NCBI GenBank assembly: GCA_963840035.1
Contig: CAWIXE010000001.1
Location: 160,001 to 224,000, forward strand
Origin: a candidate division FCPU426 bacterium
GTDB taxonomy: Bacteria; Oederibacteriota; PGYV01; Palsa-1178
DNA: 64,000 bases
Reading direction: 5' to 3'
Shown here piece by piece: positions 1 through 9,832 of this stretch (the first letter of the stretch is position 1; each line of letters begins with the position of its first letter). A program made the translations under genes and the position numbers. A model generated the notes under the pieces. It had not been told where the DNA came from and did not search any database. It saw only the letters and a list, made by a program, of their open reading frames with translations.

Positions 1-79
1 GTAAGGTCAGATTTAATACAGGTAATTATACAGCCTGCGTTTGGGGACGTCAATGGCCGCGGAAGGCGTGTTATTGTAT

Positions 80-1278
80 CGTAAGTTGCAACAATTAAAA
101 CCCCACCCCAACCAACTGAGGCATTTTTCTTGTAAAGATTTGATTTGTCATTTGTGTCGCAGTTTCGTATCCAATTACCTTTCTGGGGTAATTGTTCATC
201 CATGTCTCTATTTTCTTGATTTCCTTATTGCTTATAGGGCCTATGCTGGTTCCCTTGGGTATAAACCGTCTTATCATCCTGTTTGAGTTCTCGTTTGTAC
301 CTCTTTCACAGGAACAATAAGGGTGAGCAAAATATATATTTGTCCTTTTTTGTCCATTAAATACTTTGCTGGCTTCTAAAAACTCCCAGTTCAAGAACTC
401 CGAGCCATTATCTGCCGTGATACTCTTAAAAATATCCTTAAAATTTTCTTTGTATTTCTGTTCCAACTTCGTCAGAACTCTGTCGACTTCTTCATTTGAG
501 GCTGACTTCATTTTCTCAATTATTTCCTTTCTTGTCTTCCTTTCACTCAACGTCAACAAACATTTTTTATCCCCTTGCTTTCCTTTGACGCAATCGATTT
601 CCCAGTGACCGTATTCAGATCTTTCATTGGCCTCTTTTGGTCTGTCTTCTATGCTCTTGCAAAGTCTGTTCTTATCGAAAACACGCACTCTTTTGTTCTT
701 GTTTTTCCTTTTGCGTTTCATCCATAAATCCTCATTGCTTATGCCATAAAAAACTTCTTTGCCTATATAGTTATAAATGGTTTTTGCACTTAAAGTCACA
801 GTAAATTTCTGTTCTTTGTTCTTGATTGTTGCTGCAACCGCGGCCGGAGAGTATCGGTCTTTCTTTATGGTTAGTTCTATGTATTCAGCCAGTTTGTGGT
901 CGCTGCCTATCTTTAATCCTGGTCCTTTGTGCTTTGACTTTTCATCATGTATTTCCTGGCCTATGTGCGCTTTATATACCTTCCGGGTTGTTAAATCACT
1001 ATTCAACAGCTCAATCGTGCCTCTTTTTATCTCTCTGTTTATCGTCCTGTGATTTCTACCCAACAAACGGCCTATCTCGCGACCTGTTAATTTCTTCTGC
1101 CGTAAAGCCTCAATCTTGTATCTTTCGCTTTCCCTTAAATACGTTCTTGTGGTACTATTTACTTGTCCCATCAGTCCAGCTCCTTTGGTTTATGTTTGGT
1201 CGCACTTACATAATACCATCAGTTGTTCTGTTGGGACTTTTTCTTTTTCTATGTGGGGTTTTTCATCTTACACTTTTT
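80..1278 (-). mobile_element. IS30-family insertion sequence
   Basis: Contains an IS30 transposase. Imperfect terminal IRs: cgtaagttgcaacaattaaaaccccac vs reverse complement of the other end aaaaagtgtaagatgaaaaaccccac. Flanked by a 16-bp direct repeat aggcgtgttattgtat (64-79, 1279-1294). Confidence 0.85.
95..1171 (-). CDS. IS30-family transposase
   Basis: N-terminal HTH (REIGRLLGRNHRTINREIKR). DDE-core motifs GHWEIDCV, SITADNGSEF, AHPYCSCERGTNENSNRMIRRFIPKG, NNYPRK. Confidence 0.95.
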   Translation of the reverse strand: MGQVNSTTRTYLRESERYKIEALRQKKLTGREIGRLLGRNHRTINREIKRGTIELLNSDLTTRKVYKAHIGQEIHDEKSKHKGPGLKIGSDHKLAEYIELTIKKDRYSPAAVAATIKNKEQKFTVTLSAKTIYNYIGKEVFYGISNEDLWMKRKRKNKNKRVRVFDKNRLCKSIEDRPKEANERSEYGHWEIDCVKGKQGDKKCLLTLSERKTRKEIIEKMKSASNEEVDRVLTKLEQKYKENFKDIFKSITADNGSEFLNWEFLEASKVFNGQKRTNIYFAHPYCSCERGTNENSNRMIRRFIPKGTSIGPISNKEIKKIETWMNNYPRKVIGYETATQMTNQIFTRKMPQLVGVGF

Positions 1279-1284
1279 AGGCGT

Positions 1285-1486
1285 GTTATTGTATATAATT
1301 GTGTGTAAATTCATATTTGCTTATATTAAACGTGTTAATTTTCTTCTATCACTGCTCCCCCCTCTCCTCTTAGGAGAGGGGCTGGGGTGAGGTGAAACCA
1401 ATTGTCTTATTCCCCTCACCCTACCCTCTCCCAAGGGGAGAGGGAAAAAAGAACAAAACAATTTACACACAATTCTTGACAATATC
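1285..1486. mobile_element. 202-bp MITE, copy 1 (IS256-like ends)
   Basis: Terminal IRs gttattgtatataattgtgtgtaaatt / aatttacacacaattcttgacaatatc. Direct repeat ggaaggcgt at 61-69 and 1487-1495. Near-identical inverted copy at 32120-32321. Confidence 0.85.
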
Positions 1487-1514
1487 GGAAGGCGTGACGC
1501 TGTTGCTCCAAAAA

Positions 1515-1546
1515 AATAAAGCGGCGGTATTACCCGCCGCTTTATT
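1515..1546. terminator. Intrinsic terminator-like hairpin
   Basis: aataaagcggcgg-tattac-ccgccgctttatt, just downstream of the 1567 stop codon. Confidence 0.7.
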
Positions 1547-1566
1547 GGACAGACGCTTCTACTTTT

Positions 1567-1977
1567 TTACTTTTGCTTTTCCGGCGCAGCTTTCTTTTCG
1601 GGCATTGCCTTTTTCATGTTCTTGATGGAAACCAGGTTGAGTTCGCTTCCTGTTTCCTTTACTTTTACATTTACCTCAAGCTTGCCTGCTTTTGTCTTAA
1701 GGAACTTCTCGATCTTCGCGTTGCTTGCCTTGTCAAAGGCCTTTAAGGAACCGTCCGGCATGTATAAGGAATAGCCGCTCGCGGCGCAATTGGGCATTAA
1801 GGCGCATGATTTAGGATGAGTTTTGATGAATTCCGGGAGATTAGCCTTGTTAGCCGTAGCGCACTGGTTGTCAATGATGGTGCCTTCGAGTTCCATGGCT
1901 TTTACCGGCGCTTCAGCAGCGTATGCCAGTGAAGCAGCAAATGCCAATGACAGTGCAATGATCATTATTTTTTTCAT
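1567..1977 (-). CDS. Secreted hypothetical protein with three Cys (DNQC, CALMPNC)
   Basis: Signal peptide MKKIMIIALSLAFAASLAYA. Purine-rich SD upstream of ATG 1977. Confidence 0.75.
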   Translation of the reverse strand: MKKIMIIALSLAFAASLAYAAEAPVKAMELEGTIIDNQCATANKANLPEFIKTHPKSCALMPNCAASGYSLYMPDGSLKAFDKASNAKIEKFLKTKAGKLEVNVKVKETGSELNLVSIKNMKKAMPEKKAAPEKQK

Positions 1978-2575
1978 GTTTTTCACCCCCTTTCCGGTGT
2001 AAATTTAGATGACTTAAAGATTATAGCCGTGAAAACAGGCAAAGTCAAATTTATGACAAGGCCATCTCACGGGCCGCCACATGGGGCGGCCCCTACAGGG
2101 CCGCCCCTTCCTCCTAAACCCCTCCTCCTCACCCTTGTTTTTAAAAACAAAGCTACCTTACAAGGGTAAGGAGTAAGGGTTTAGGAGGAAGAAGGGATGA
2201 AGAGCGACCGTGGAAATAAATATAGAAATCCGGCGGGCAGCTCGATAAGACGCGCGAGAGGTGGATAAGCCATTGATTATAATGTGCTCGCCTGAAGCTC
2301 GCACTTCGCGTAAGGGGTTTGGCTGATGCCATACTGGAGGTTTTTCCATCAACCGCGGATTTCTTTGTGGTTGTAATGATTTCTAATATAGAAATCCGGC
2401 GGGCAGATATAAGGGGTTTGGGAGGGGGGAAAGCCCGCCGGATTTGTCATAATTGCGTCTTTTAAGTCTTTTCCTTTATCTCTTTCCCTTCTCAACTATT
2501 AGACGCCCGGACAGGGTAAAAAGTTCCGCTAAAAGATACGAAAACAGTGGTATTTTGTCCATATTTTATTGGTAA

Positions 2576-2929
2576 TTAAATATCCCTGTTGGCCTTATCC
2601 GGTGAGAACGCCGGGATGCACACGGAAATATATTCCGCGCCTTTGGGCGTGGAGTACTGCACCCATGTTCCTTTGGGCATTATGACTGCCTGCCCCGCTT
2701 TCAGGTCCGTGGTTTTTGTTTTTGTCTTAACACGCAGGCTCCCCTTTAATACCACCGAATACTCGTCAAACTCCGGGGTCTGGCCAGGCTCTGACCAGCC
2801 TTTCGGGCTTTTCATGCGGGCAACGCTTGCAGCCTTTGTTTTTGAATTCATTAAACCGATAAATTCCTCTATCTTTTTTTGGGGTTTTCCGAGGGCCTCT
2901 ATAACTGCTGCTTTTCCAATAATCTTCAT
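2576..2929 (-). CDS. Cupin-domain protein
   Basis: WSEPGQTPEFDEYSVVLKG and GQAVIMPKGTWVQYSTP cupin motifs. Confidence 0.85.
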   Translation of the reverse strand: MKIIGKAAVIEALGKPQKKIEEFIGLMNSKTKAASVARMKSPKGWSEPGQTPEFDEYSVVLKGSLRVKTKTKTTDLKAGQAVIMPKGTWVQYSTPKGAEYISVCIPAFSPDKANRDI

Positions 2930-2966
2930 CTTTTCACCTTTCCACCCGTTTTATGAAACAAAACAT

Positions 2967-3527
2967 CTAATCCTCATAATCCTCTTTTGATTCGTTTTCC
3001 TTGAAAACATTTTTATCCGCAAAGTCCCTGAATTTATCTATATCATCCTTTCCCAGTGCGACCTTTAAATCCCTTTCCTTTCCTTTTATCAGCACATACA
3101 CATCTTTCGAATTTTCTATCATTTTAATGTCATCGTAGCATGTCAAAAAATCCACTTTTTCAGTTTTTTCACACCAGAACTCATCCTTTTCCACCGGCCT
3201 CCCCGGATAGGTGTCACAATATATCTTTGACCCGTCAGCCTGAACTATCATTTTATTCGGCCTGTCTATATCCAGCCAGGCTTCAGATCTGTACACAAAT
3301 TCAACCACGATCTCCGTCTTTATGAGGCCGCTTTCAATGTTCTTCCTGGATTTTTTATATATATTGAACTGAAAGTTTTCAGCGTCAGTTACGCTAATAT
3401 CATTGCCCATGATATTATAGCTGGAGTATTTATATGTTTCCCTCGGGCATCCGGATAACAGCGCCCAGGCGCAGACAGCGCAGAATATTACAGCGGTTTT
3501 TTTCAAATACCCCCCTTTTTCATCCAT
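2967..3527 (-). CDS. Putative lipoprotein
   Basis: Lipobox-like LLSGC after a hydrophobic stretch. Start codon uncertain. Confidence 0.6.
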   Translation of the reverse strand: MDEKGGYLKKTAVIFCAVCAWALLSGCPRETYKYSSYNIMGNDISVTDAENFQFNIYKKSRKNIESGLIKTEIVVEFVYRSEAWLDIDRPNKMIVQADGSKIYCDTYPGRPVEKDEFWCEKTEKVDFLTCYDDIKMIENSKDVYVLIKGKERDLKVALGKDDIDKFRDFADKNVFKENESKEDYED

Positions 3528-3746
3528 CCGGCCGTTATGATAATGCGGCCTGACCTAATTATTCTAACACAGTACAGTAAAATAGTCTATTTTGAGGCAT
3601 ACCCTGCCTGCTTCCCCCTGTTCACTACCCACCACCCGCTAATCACAATCCTTTAAATCCCCCCTTGACACATCCCCCTTATTCCTTTATAATTCTAACG
3701 GTTTTCAATGAAAAACCACATATTCTATATATAACGGAGAAAAACA

Positions 3747-3887
3747 ATGCCAAAAAGGACATTTCAGCCCCATAAGAAACGCAGGAAAAGGAAACACGGC
3801 TTTTTAAAGCGCAGCGCGTCAAAGAACGGCAGAAGAGTGCTTTCCGCCAGGCGCAGAAAAGGCCGCAAAAGGCTGACACAGGTCTAA
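3747..3887 (+). CDS. rpmH: 50S ribosomal protein L34
   Basis: Translated by hand (below the ORF-track cutoff): [48 protein letters not shown] ggag upstream. Confidence 0.97.
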   Translation: MPKRTFQPHKKRRKRKHGFLKRSASKNGRRVLSARRRKGRKRLTQV

Positions 3888-3999
3888 TTTAAAACTGAAA
3901 ACTTAAAGTTGAAAGCTGAAGCTTTTGCCGGTAACCACGGTGTAACGCTTCAGCTTTCAGTTTTCAGCTTTAAACTTTAAGTTATAAGGGAGTATTAAT

Positions 4000-4341
4000 A
4001 TTAGAAAAGCCAACCCCAAAGCCGGGGACATAAAATCCATACTTAATAACGGCATAAAAGACGGCAATGAGTATTTTTCCGTTTATGTCATGAAATCAGA
4101 GAGAAAAAAAAATAACCTATATACAGCCAATGTAGCCAAGAAATCCGTAAAGCTTAGCGTTAACCGCAACATGTACAAACGGTGGATGAGGGCGTGCTAT
4201 CACAAACACAAGGCAAAACTTGCCGGCTTCGACACGCTTATCATGCCCAGGCGCTCCATGCCGTCGCTTAAAACTTTTGCCGACATAGAAGCCAGGCTTG
4301 AGCCGCTCTTTGAAGGGGCCCTTAAGAAGGCCGCAAAATGA
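4000..4341 (+). CDS. rnpA: Ribonuclease P protein component (probable ATT start; first ATG at 4090)
   Basis: RNR motif [18 protein letters not shown], and position between rpmH and yidD. Frame is open from 3988; SD aagggag at 3986-3992. Confidence 0.85.
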   Translation: MRKANPKAGDIKSILNNGIKDGNEYFSVYVMKSERKKNNLYTANVAKKSVKLSVNRNMYKRWMRACYHKHKAKLAGFDTLIMPRRSMPSLKTFADIEARLEPLFEGALKKAAK

Positions 4342-4547
4342 AAAAACTGCTTATCGCCCTTATAGATTTTTATAAGGCCGCCATATCGCCTTACCTTCCG
4401 GCCTCGTGCAGGTTCACGCCGACGTGCTCGGAATACGGCAGGCAGGCCATAGACAAGTACGGTGCCTTAAAAGGCGGATGGCTCGCGATAAAAAGGCTGG
4501 CCCGCTGCGGCCCGTGGAGTAAGGGCGGGGTTGATACGCTGAAATAA
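4338..4547 (+). CDS. yidD: Membrane protein insertion efficiency factor YidD
   Basis: [18 protein letters not shown] and [12 protein letters not shown] motifs, plus synteny. Confidence 0.95.
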   Translation: MKKLLIALIDFYKAAISPYLPASCRFTPTCSEYGRQAIDKYGALKGGWLAIKRLARCGPWSKGGVDTLK

Positions 4548-4702
4548 CTGTTCGAAGTTATGTGTTCGGGGTTCGAAGTTCAACAAAGAACAAGAAACCC
4601 GGCAAATAACAAAAACATGTCCGGAACCGGAACTTGTATTTGGAAAAAAACAAACTTCGAACTTCGAACTCTGAACTTCGAACTTCTTCTGGAGGTTTTA
4701 CT

Positions 4703-6340
4703 ATGGGAAACGATTCAGGCAAGCTTATAACTTTTGTCCTCATCTCGGGGATAGTGCTTTTTGGATTTAATTATTTTTACGGCCCCAAACCGGCCGCGGC
4801 GGTACAGCAGCCGGCCGCTTCAACCGGCAAAGCCGGTGCGGGCACAGTGTCAAAGGCGCAGTCCGCAGAGCCGGCGATTACCGGCGAAAAAGAGGCCATG
4901 GTGCCGGCAAAGATATCAGCCGCTTCAGAAAAAACATATAAGCTTGAAAACTCCCTTGCCGAGTATACTTTCTCAACCATCGGCGGGACAATAAAAAGCG
5001 CGCTGTTAAAAAAGTACTCCGACGCGAAAGACAGGAAGGGCATGCTCGAGCTCATACCCGGCAAGGCTTCCTATTCATACTTCGCGCTCTCATCCGACTC
5101 CTTAAGCGGCCAGGCAGAGTGGACATTATCGCAGCAGTCCCAGGGTTCCATCACGTTTTCAAGGCAGATAAAACCCGGTGTTAAAATAATGAAAACTTTT
5201 GCCCTTGCCGACAATTCATATACCCTGGATACTACGCTCACCTTTTCAAACAGGTCGGGGGCTCCTTACGCATTTAAGGACATGCAGTATACGTGGGGGC
5301 CGAACATACATTACCTGCCCGAGGAACTTGCTAAAGTTAAAACAGGCATAGGCCCGGCTTATAATAAGATCGAATATCTCAACGGAAAAGACTTAAAGTC
5401 CATAAATGTGGACATTAAGACAAAAGAAACCAAGATTTCCATACTTGATGTCGTGCCTGACTGGATTGCCATGAAGGACCTTTACTTTGTCGCTACGCTC
5501 AACCCGGCAAAAAGGGAGGACATAAAAAGCGTGGCTGTAAAGCAGGCAAAAGGCGGCTTCGCGTATATGACTCTTACCCTCCGCGACATACTTGTCAATT
5601 CATCGGCGGACGAAGTCATATCGGTTTCTTCATACCTGGGCGCCGCGGAATACAAAAGGATGAAAACAGCCGGAATGGAAAGGGCCGTTGACTTGGGCGG
5701 CATAAGGTTCATGGGCATCTGGATGTTCTACGCCCTTGATTTCATGTACAACCTTACAAAGAACTGGGGCCTTGCGATACTCTTAATCACCGTAATCATC
5801 AGGCTCCTGCTGTGGATCCCTTCACAGAGCAGCTTCAAGCACATGAAGGACACGCAGTCAAAGATGAACATCATAAAACCGCGCCTTGAGACGCTGAAGA
5901 AAATATACAAGGACGACTCGCAAAAGATGAACGAGGAAATGATGAAGCTTTACCAGGAGTACAAGATTAACCCATTCGGAGGCTGCCTCCCCCTGCTCCT
6001 GCAGATACCGATCTTCATAGCCCTTTACGCGGCTTTAATAAACATGGTCGAGTTAAAAGGCGCGGCTTTCGCGCTGTGGTGGACAGACCTTTCCATGCCT
6101 GACCCGTTTTATGTGCTGCCGATTTTCATGGGCGTGACCATGCTCATACAGCAGAAAATGTCGGCCCAGACGCCGTCCATGGGCGCTGATTCGGAAATGT
6201 CGCAGAAGATGCTTTTATACGGCATGCCCTTAATGCTGACCTGGATGTCCTTTTCCTGGCCCGCGGGCCTCATGCTTTACTGGTCCATCTCCAACGTGCT
6301 GGGCATCGCGCAGCAGCTGCTGGTTAATAAAAGTAAATAA
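4703..6340 (+). CDS. yidC: Membrane protein insertase YidC (with large periplasmic domain)
   Basis: NWGLAILLIT, NPFGGCLPLLLQIPIF, WWTDLSMPDP, GLMLYW motifs. SD ggaggt precedes ATG 4703. Confidence 0.96.
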   Translation: MGNDSGKLITFVLISGIVLFGFNYFYGPKPAAAVQQPAASTGKAGAGTVSKAQSAEPAITGEKEAMVPAKISAASEKTYKLENSLAEYTFSTIGGTIKSALLKKYSDAKDRKGMLELIPGKASYSYFALSSDSLSGQAEWTLSQQSQGSITFSRQIKPGVKIMKTFALADNSYTLDTTLTFSNRSGAPYAFKDMQYTWGPNIHYLPEELAKVKTGIGPAYNKIEYLNGKDLKSINVDIKTKETKISILDVVPDWIAMKDLYFVATLNPAKREDIKSVAVKQAKGGFAYMTLTLRDILVNSSADEVISVSSYLGAAEYKRMKTAGMERAVDLGGIRFMGIWMFYALDFMYNLTKNWGLAILLITVIIRLLLWIPSQSSFKHMKDTQSKMNIIKPRLETLKKIYKDDSQKMNEEMMKLYQEYKINPFGGCLPLLLQIPIFIALYAALINMVELKGAAFALWWTDLSMPDPFYVLPIFMGVTMLIQQKMSAQTPSMGADSEMSQKMLLYGMPLMLTWMSFSWPAGLMLYWSISNVLGIAQQLLVNKSK

Positions 6341-6439
6341 ATTTTCAATTTTATATTTTGAATTTTCAATTAACACCGTGCCGTCAGCCTTTAATTGAAA
6401 ATTCAAAATTGAAAATTTAAAATTATCTTTGGGGGTTTT

Positions 6440-7087
6440 ATGAACACCGTCCGTATCACAGCTCCTACCGTCTCACAAGCGGTTAAGGAATTTTTGGAAG
6501 AGAACTCCATAGGCCTTGAATCCATTTCTGCCAACTTAATCAGCGAAAAGGTCTTCACAGACAAGAAAGAATACACGGTGGAAATGCTTAAAAAGACCCT
6601 CCGCGAGAATCCCCTTCCGCCCGCGGGCGCGCTGGATGAGGATGTGCAATACGCCAAAGAAATACTCACAAAACTTTTATCCCTCATGAAGTTCATGGCT
6701 TTTGAAATCACCGAAAAAAAAGACGGTACTCTGACCGTATTAAAGGTATCCACGGACGGCAAGGACGGGCTTTTAATCGGCAAGAACGGGCAGAACATCA
6801 TGGCCCTGCAGTACCTGCTTTCCATCATGCTTGATAAAAATTTAAGGAAACACGTCCCCGTGGTCATTGACGTGGATACCTACAGGGAAAAACGCGCCGT
6901 TTACCTGAAATCGTTGGTTAAGAACATGGCGTATAATATTTCCGATTCCTCGCCTGAGGCTATTACGGAATTTTTGCCGTCATACGAGCGCAAGATGATA
7001 CACGAAGAATTAAAGATAACGGGCTTAAAAACCTTCAGCGTTGGCAGAGGTTCATATAAAAAGGTGGTCATCACTTCCCTTCTATGA
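6440..7087 (+). CDS. jag: Jag/KhpB (EloR) KH-R3H RNA-binding protein
   Basis: KH motif GLLIGKNGQ, R3H-like SYERKMIH, and synteny after yidC. Confidence 0.88.
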   Translation: MNTVRITAPTVSQAVKEFLEENSIGLESISANLISEKVFTDKKEYTVEMLKKTLRENPLPPAGALDEDVQYAKEILTKLLSLMKFMAFEITEKKDGTLTVLKVSTDGKDGLLIGKNGQNIMALQYLLSIMLDKNLRKHVPVVIDVDTYREKRAVYLKSLVKNMAYNISDSSPEAITEFLPSYERKMIHEELKITGLKTFSVGRGSYKKVVITSLL

Positions 7088-8472
7088 AACAGACAACCGG
7101 AACAATCGCAGCCATAGCCACTTACCCAGCGGGGAGCGCGATAGGCATAATACGCCTCTCCGGCCCGGATGCTTTTGAAATATCATCAAAGGTCTTCTTC
7201 CCTAAAAACAACAAAGACTTTTCATCCATACCCCACTCATCGGCCGCGCTCGGGACTATAACGGGCCCCGGAGGCCCCATAGACGAAGCTGTCGCGCTTG
7301 TATTCAAAGCCCCTCGCTCATACACGGGCGAGGACCTTGTGGAATTTTCCTGCCACGGCAACCCGCTGATACTCTCATCGGTTTTATCGCTGCTTATTAA
7401 AAACGGCGCCTGCCAGGCAGGCCCCGGAGATTTTACCCGACGCGCCTTTTTAAACGGCAAGATGGATTTAACGCAGGCAGAGGCTGTCACGGATGTCATA
7501 AACGCGGAAGGCGAAGCAGCTCTCAAAATATCCTTAAACCAGCTGTTCGGCCGTGAAAAAGATACGGTCGAAGCCTTAAAACTTGAAATAATAAAAGTCT
7601 TCTCCCTTATTGAAGCCGGCCTTGATTTTGAGCAGGAGGGCGCGGAGACAGGCGCGGCAGCGGTAAAAACGGCCATAAAAAAGACTGCGGAAAAAGTATC
7701 CCTTCTCATAGAGAGCGCGGATAAAGGCATACTCTTAAAGGAAGGCGTGAAAGCCGTAATTACAGGAAGGCCCAACGCCGGCAAGTCAAGCATACTAAAC
7801 GCGGTTTCCGGCATGGACCGCGCCATCGTCACTCATATCCCGGGCACCACGCGCGACACCATAGAAGCCGCTGTAATGATAGAGGGCATCCGCTTTAAAT
7901 TCATTGATACTGCCGGCATCAGGTCTTCATCGGACCCTGTGGAAGCCGAGGGCATAAAACGCGCGCGCAAAGCAGTGGATGAGTGCGATATTGCCATACT
8001 GGCGCTGGACTCATCTTCCCCGTTAACCGGGGAAGACTTAAAGCTCTATTCCGAAATCGCGGCTAAACCCGCGGTCATTGCCCTGAATAAATGCGACATG
8101 CCCGCAATGGTAACCCCTGAATCGGCGCGCAAGGTTTTAAACGCGGGCTTAACTCCGGTAGTCAGCGTTTCCGCTAAAACCGGCTTTGGAATAAATGACT
8201 TAACAAACAGGGTTAAAAGTATTATAATCGGTTCCAGGGGGCTTGACGCCCCCGGTGAAGTAATGGTATCGAGCATGCGGCATAAAGCTGCCCTGGAAAA
8301 ATCCGGGATGGAGCTTAACGCGGCTTTAAAGGCCATGGACGGTAAAGCCGGGCTTGAGATAGTCTCAGAACACGTTAAATCCGCGGCATATTACGCGGGA
8401 TCCATAATAGGAGAAGTCGCCACCGATGACATACTTGACTCTATCTTCAGCAATTTTTGCGTGGGTAAATAG
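7084..8472 (+). CDS. mnmE: tRNA modification GTPase MnmE
   Basis: APRSYTGED, GRPNAGKSS, GTTRD, DTAG, NKCD and C-terminal FCVGK. Confidence 0.97.
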   Translation: MKQTTGTIAAIATYPAGSAIGIIRLSGPDAFEISSKVFFPKNNKDFSSIPHSSAALGTITGPGGPIDEAVALVFKAPRSYTGEDLVEFSCHGNPLILSSVLSLLIKNGACQAGPGDFTRRAFLNGKMDLTQAEAVTDVINAEGEAALKISLNQLFGREKDTVEALKLEIIKVFSLIEAGLDFEQEGAETGAAAVKTAIKKTAEKVSLLIESADKGILLKEGVKAVITGRPNAGKSSILNAVSGMDRAIVTHIPGTTRDTIEAAVMIEGIRFKFIDTAGIRSSSDPVEAEGIKRARKAVDECDIAILALDSSSPLTGEDLKLYSEIAAKPAVIALNKCDMPAMVTPESARKVLNAGLTPVVSVSAKTGFGINDLTNRVKSIIIGSRGLDAPGEVMVSSMRHKAALEKSGMELNAALKAMDGKAGLEIVSEHVKSAAYYAGSIIGEVATDDILDSIFSNFCVGK

Positions 8473-8994
8473 ATGAAAAAATTCCTTTTCCGCGCCGCCG
8501 TAGTAATAGTTGCACTGGCCGCCGCTTCTATAATCGTTGTGACTGTCATACTCAAACATAAAAAAGCTGAAACAGCCGTCCCGGGAGCCCCCGCGGCAAA
8601 TTTCATCCTTGGCATGCAGGGCGAAACCACCCACGCCTTAAACTCATTCATACAAACAAATACAGTCATCCTTTCCTTTACTGACAGCGGCTATTCATCC
8701 GATAAATTTGAAAAAATGATACCGGCCGCGCTCGGGGGCATAACAACGCGCAAAGGGGTCAAATGGTTCAACATTAAGCGGGAACAGGGCCACGCTCTCA
8801 TAGAGGAAAAAGGCGTTCCGGACGGCTTAAGGTATAAAGCCCTGGCTGATTCAATACCGAAGTTTTATTCGTTCAGCGGTTATCCCGCCGTTATCATCCT
8901 GGACAAAGCCGGCATCATACAGTTCATATACATCGGATATTCCCCCACATTCATAAATGACCTGCGCTCCTGGTTCGGGAAAAACAGAAAATGA
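8473..8994 (+). CDS. Membrane-anchored protein, possible thioredoxin-like fold without CxxC
   Basis: N-terminal TM segment. C-terminal YPAVIILDKAGIIQFIYIGY resembles the TlpA/redoxin cis-Pro region. Confidence 0.5.
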   Translation: MKKFLFRAAVVIVALAAASIIVVTVILKHKKAETAVPGAPAANFILGMQGETTHALNSFIQTNTVILSFTDSGYSSDKFEKMIPAALGGITTRKGVKWFNIKREQGHALIEEKGVPDGLRYKALADSIPKFYSFSGYPAVIILDKAGIIQFIYIGYSPTFINDLRSWFGKNRK

Positions 8995-9350
8995 AAAAAA
9001 CGCCGGGGCTTTTAAACACGGCGCTGGCTGTCTCATTTTTCTTCGGCTTATCCGGTTTATATCTGCTCGCTGATTCATATTACTCCCGGCTATCCGCCAC
9101 AGCGGCGCAGAACCAGCTTGAATTTTTAAAAACCATCCCTTTCCTTGTCACAAAATCGGATGAACCCGTCAAACTTCCGGCATACCAGGAAAACATCATC
9201 TTAACAGACCACCCCATACTCCACGGCCTGCTCTACGGCGATTATTTCGGGGGCAGGATGTCCGTCAGGCAGGCCGCGGTTAAAATAACAGCTGCGCCCT
9301 TTTCATCCGTGGAAATGACAGTGCTGCTTGACGCGAGGGAACGTAAGTGA
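8991..9350 (+). CDS. Small membrane-anchored hypothetical protein
   Basis: ATGA overlap with the previous gene. Basic leader followed by a hydrophobic helix. Confidence 0.6.
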   Translation: MKKTPGLLNTALAVSFFFGLSGLYLLADSYYSRLSATAAQNQLEFLKTIPFLVTKSDEPVKLPAYQENIILTDHPILHGLLYGDYFGGRMSVRQAAVKITAAPFSSVEMTVLLDARERK

Positions 9351-9832
9351 AAAAAATAAAGAAACTGTTTCCTCCCCTTATGATTGCGTTTTCTATAGCC
9401 CTGCAGCTCGCGGCGGTGCTGATATTTTATAAAATTATGGTCTTTAACGAATTTCTTTTTATAAAATCAAAGGCGGATTCAGCCATCCGCTTAAGCGTTG
9501 GCCTGGCCCCGTATAACGGCGTGGAGATTACGCCCGCTTCATGCGCCCTTGCCATACCGTCAATAGGCAATGACCTTTCCCCGTTGCCGGGCCTCGACGA
9601 CCACGCGACCATAGTTTACTCCAACAAGCTGCTTATGTTCACCCTTACTCCTGCTGAAGGCAGCGCAAGGACCCATATGACTTTTTATACCGGCAAGATG
9701 GATGATTTTTCCTTCACCTCCACCGGCCAGATGCTCGGCTTCATGTACAAATCCTGCGGCATGCGCTTTTCATCCATAAGGCACATTAACAGCGCGTCTT
9801 ACCTGCAGGTTGCCGGCCCGGCGGTATTCTGA
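9347..9832 (+). CDS. Small membrane-anchored hypothetical protein
   Basis: GTGA overlap. Basic leader followed by a hydrophobic helix. Confidence 0.6.
   Translation: MKKIKKLFPPLMIAFSIALQLAAVLIFYKIMVFNEFLFIKSKADSAIRLSVGLAPYNGVEITPASCALAIPSIGNDLSPLPGLDDHATIVYSNKLLMFTLTPAEGSARTHMTFYTGKMDDFSFTSTGQMLGFMYKSCGMRFSSIRHINSASYLQVAGPAVF

Noticed and set aside
3530..3746. oriC next to rpmH
   Set aside because: No dnaA gene and no cluster of TTATCCACA boxes was seen.
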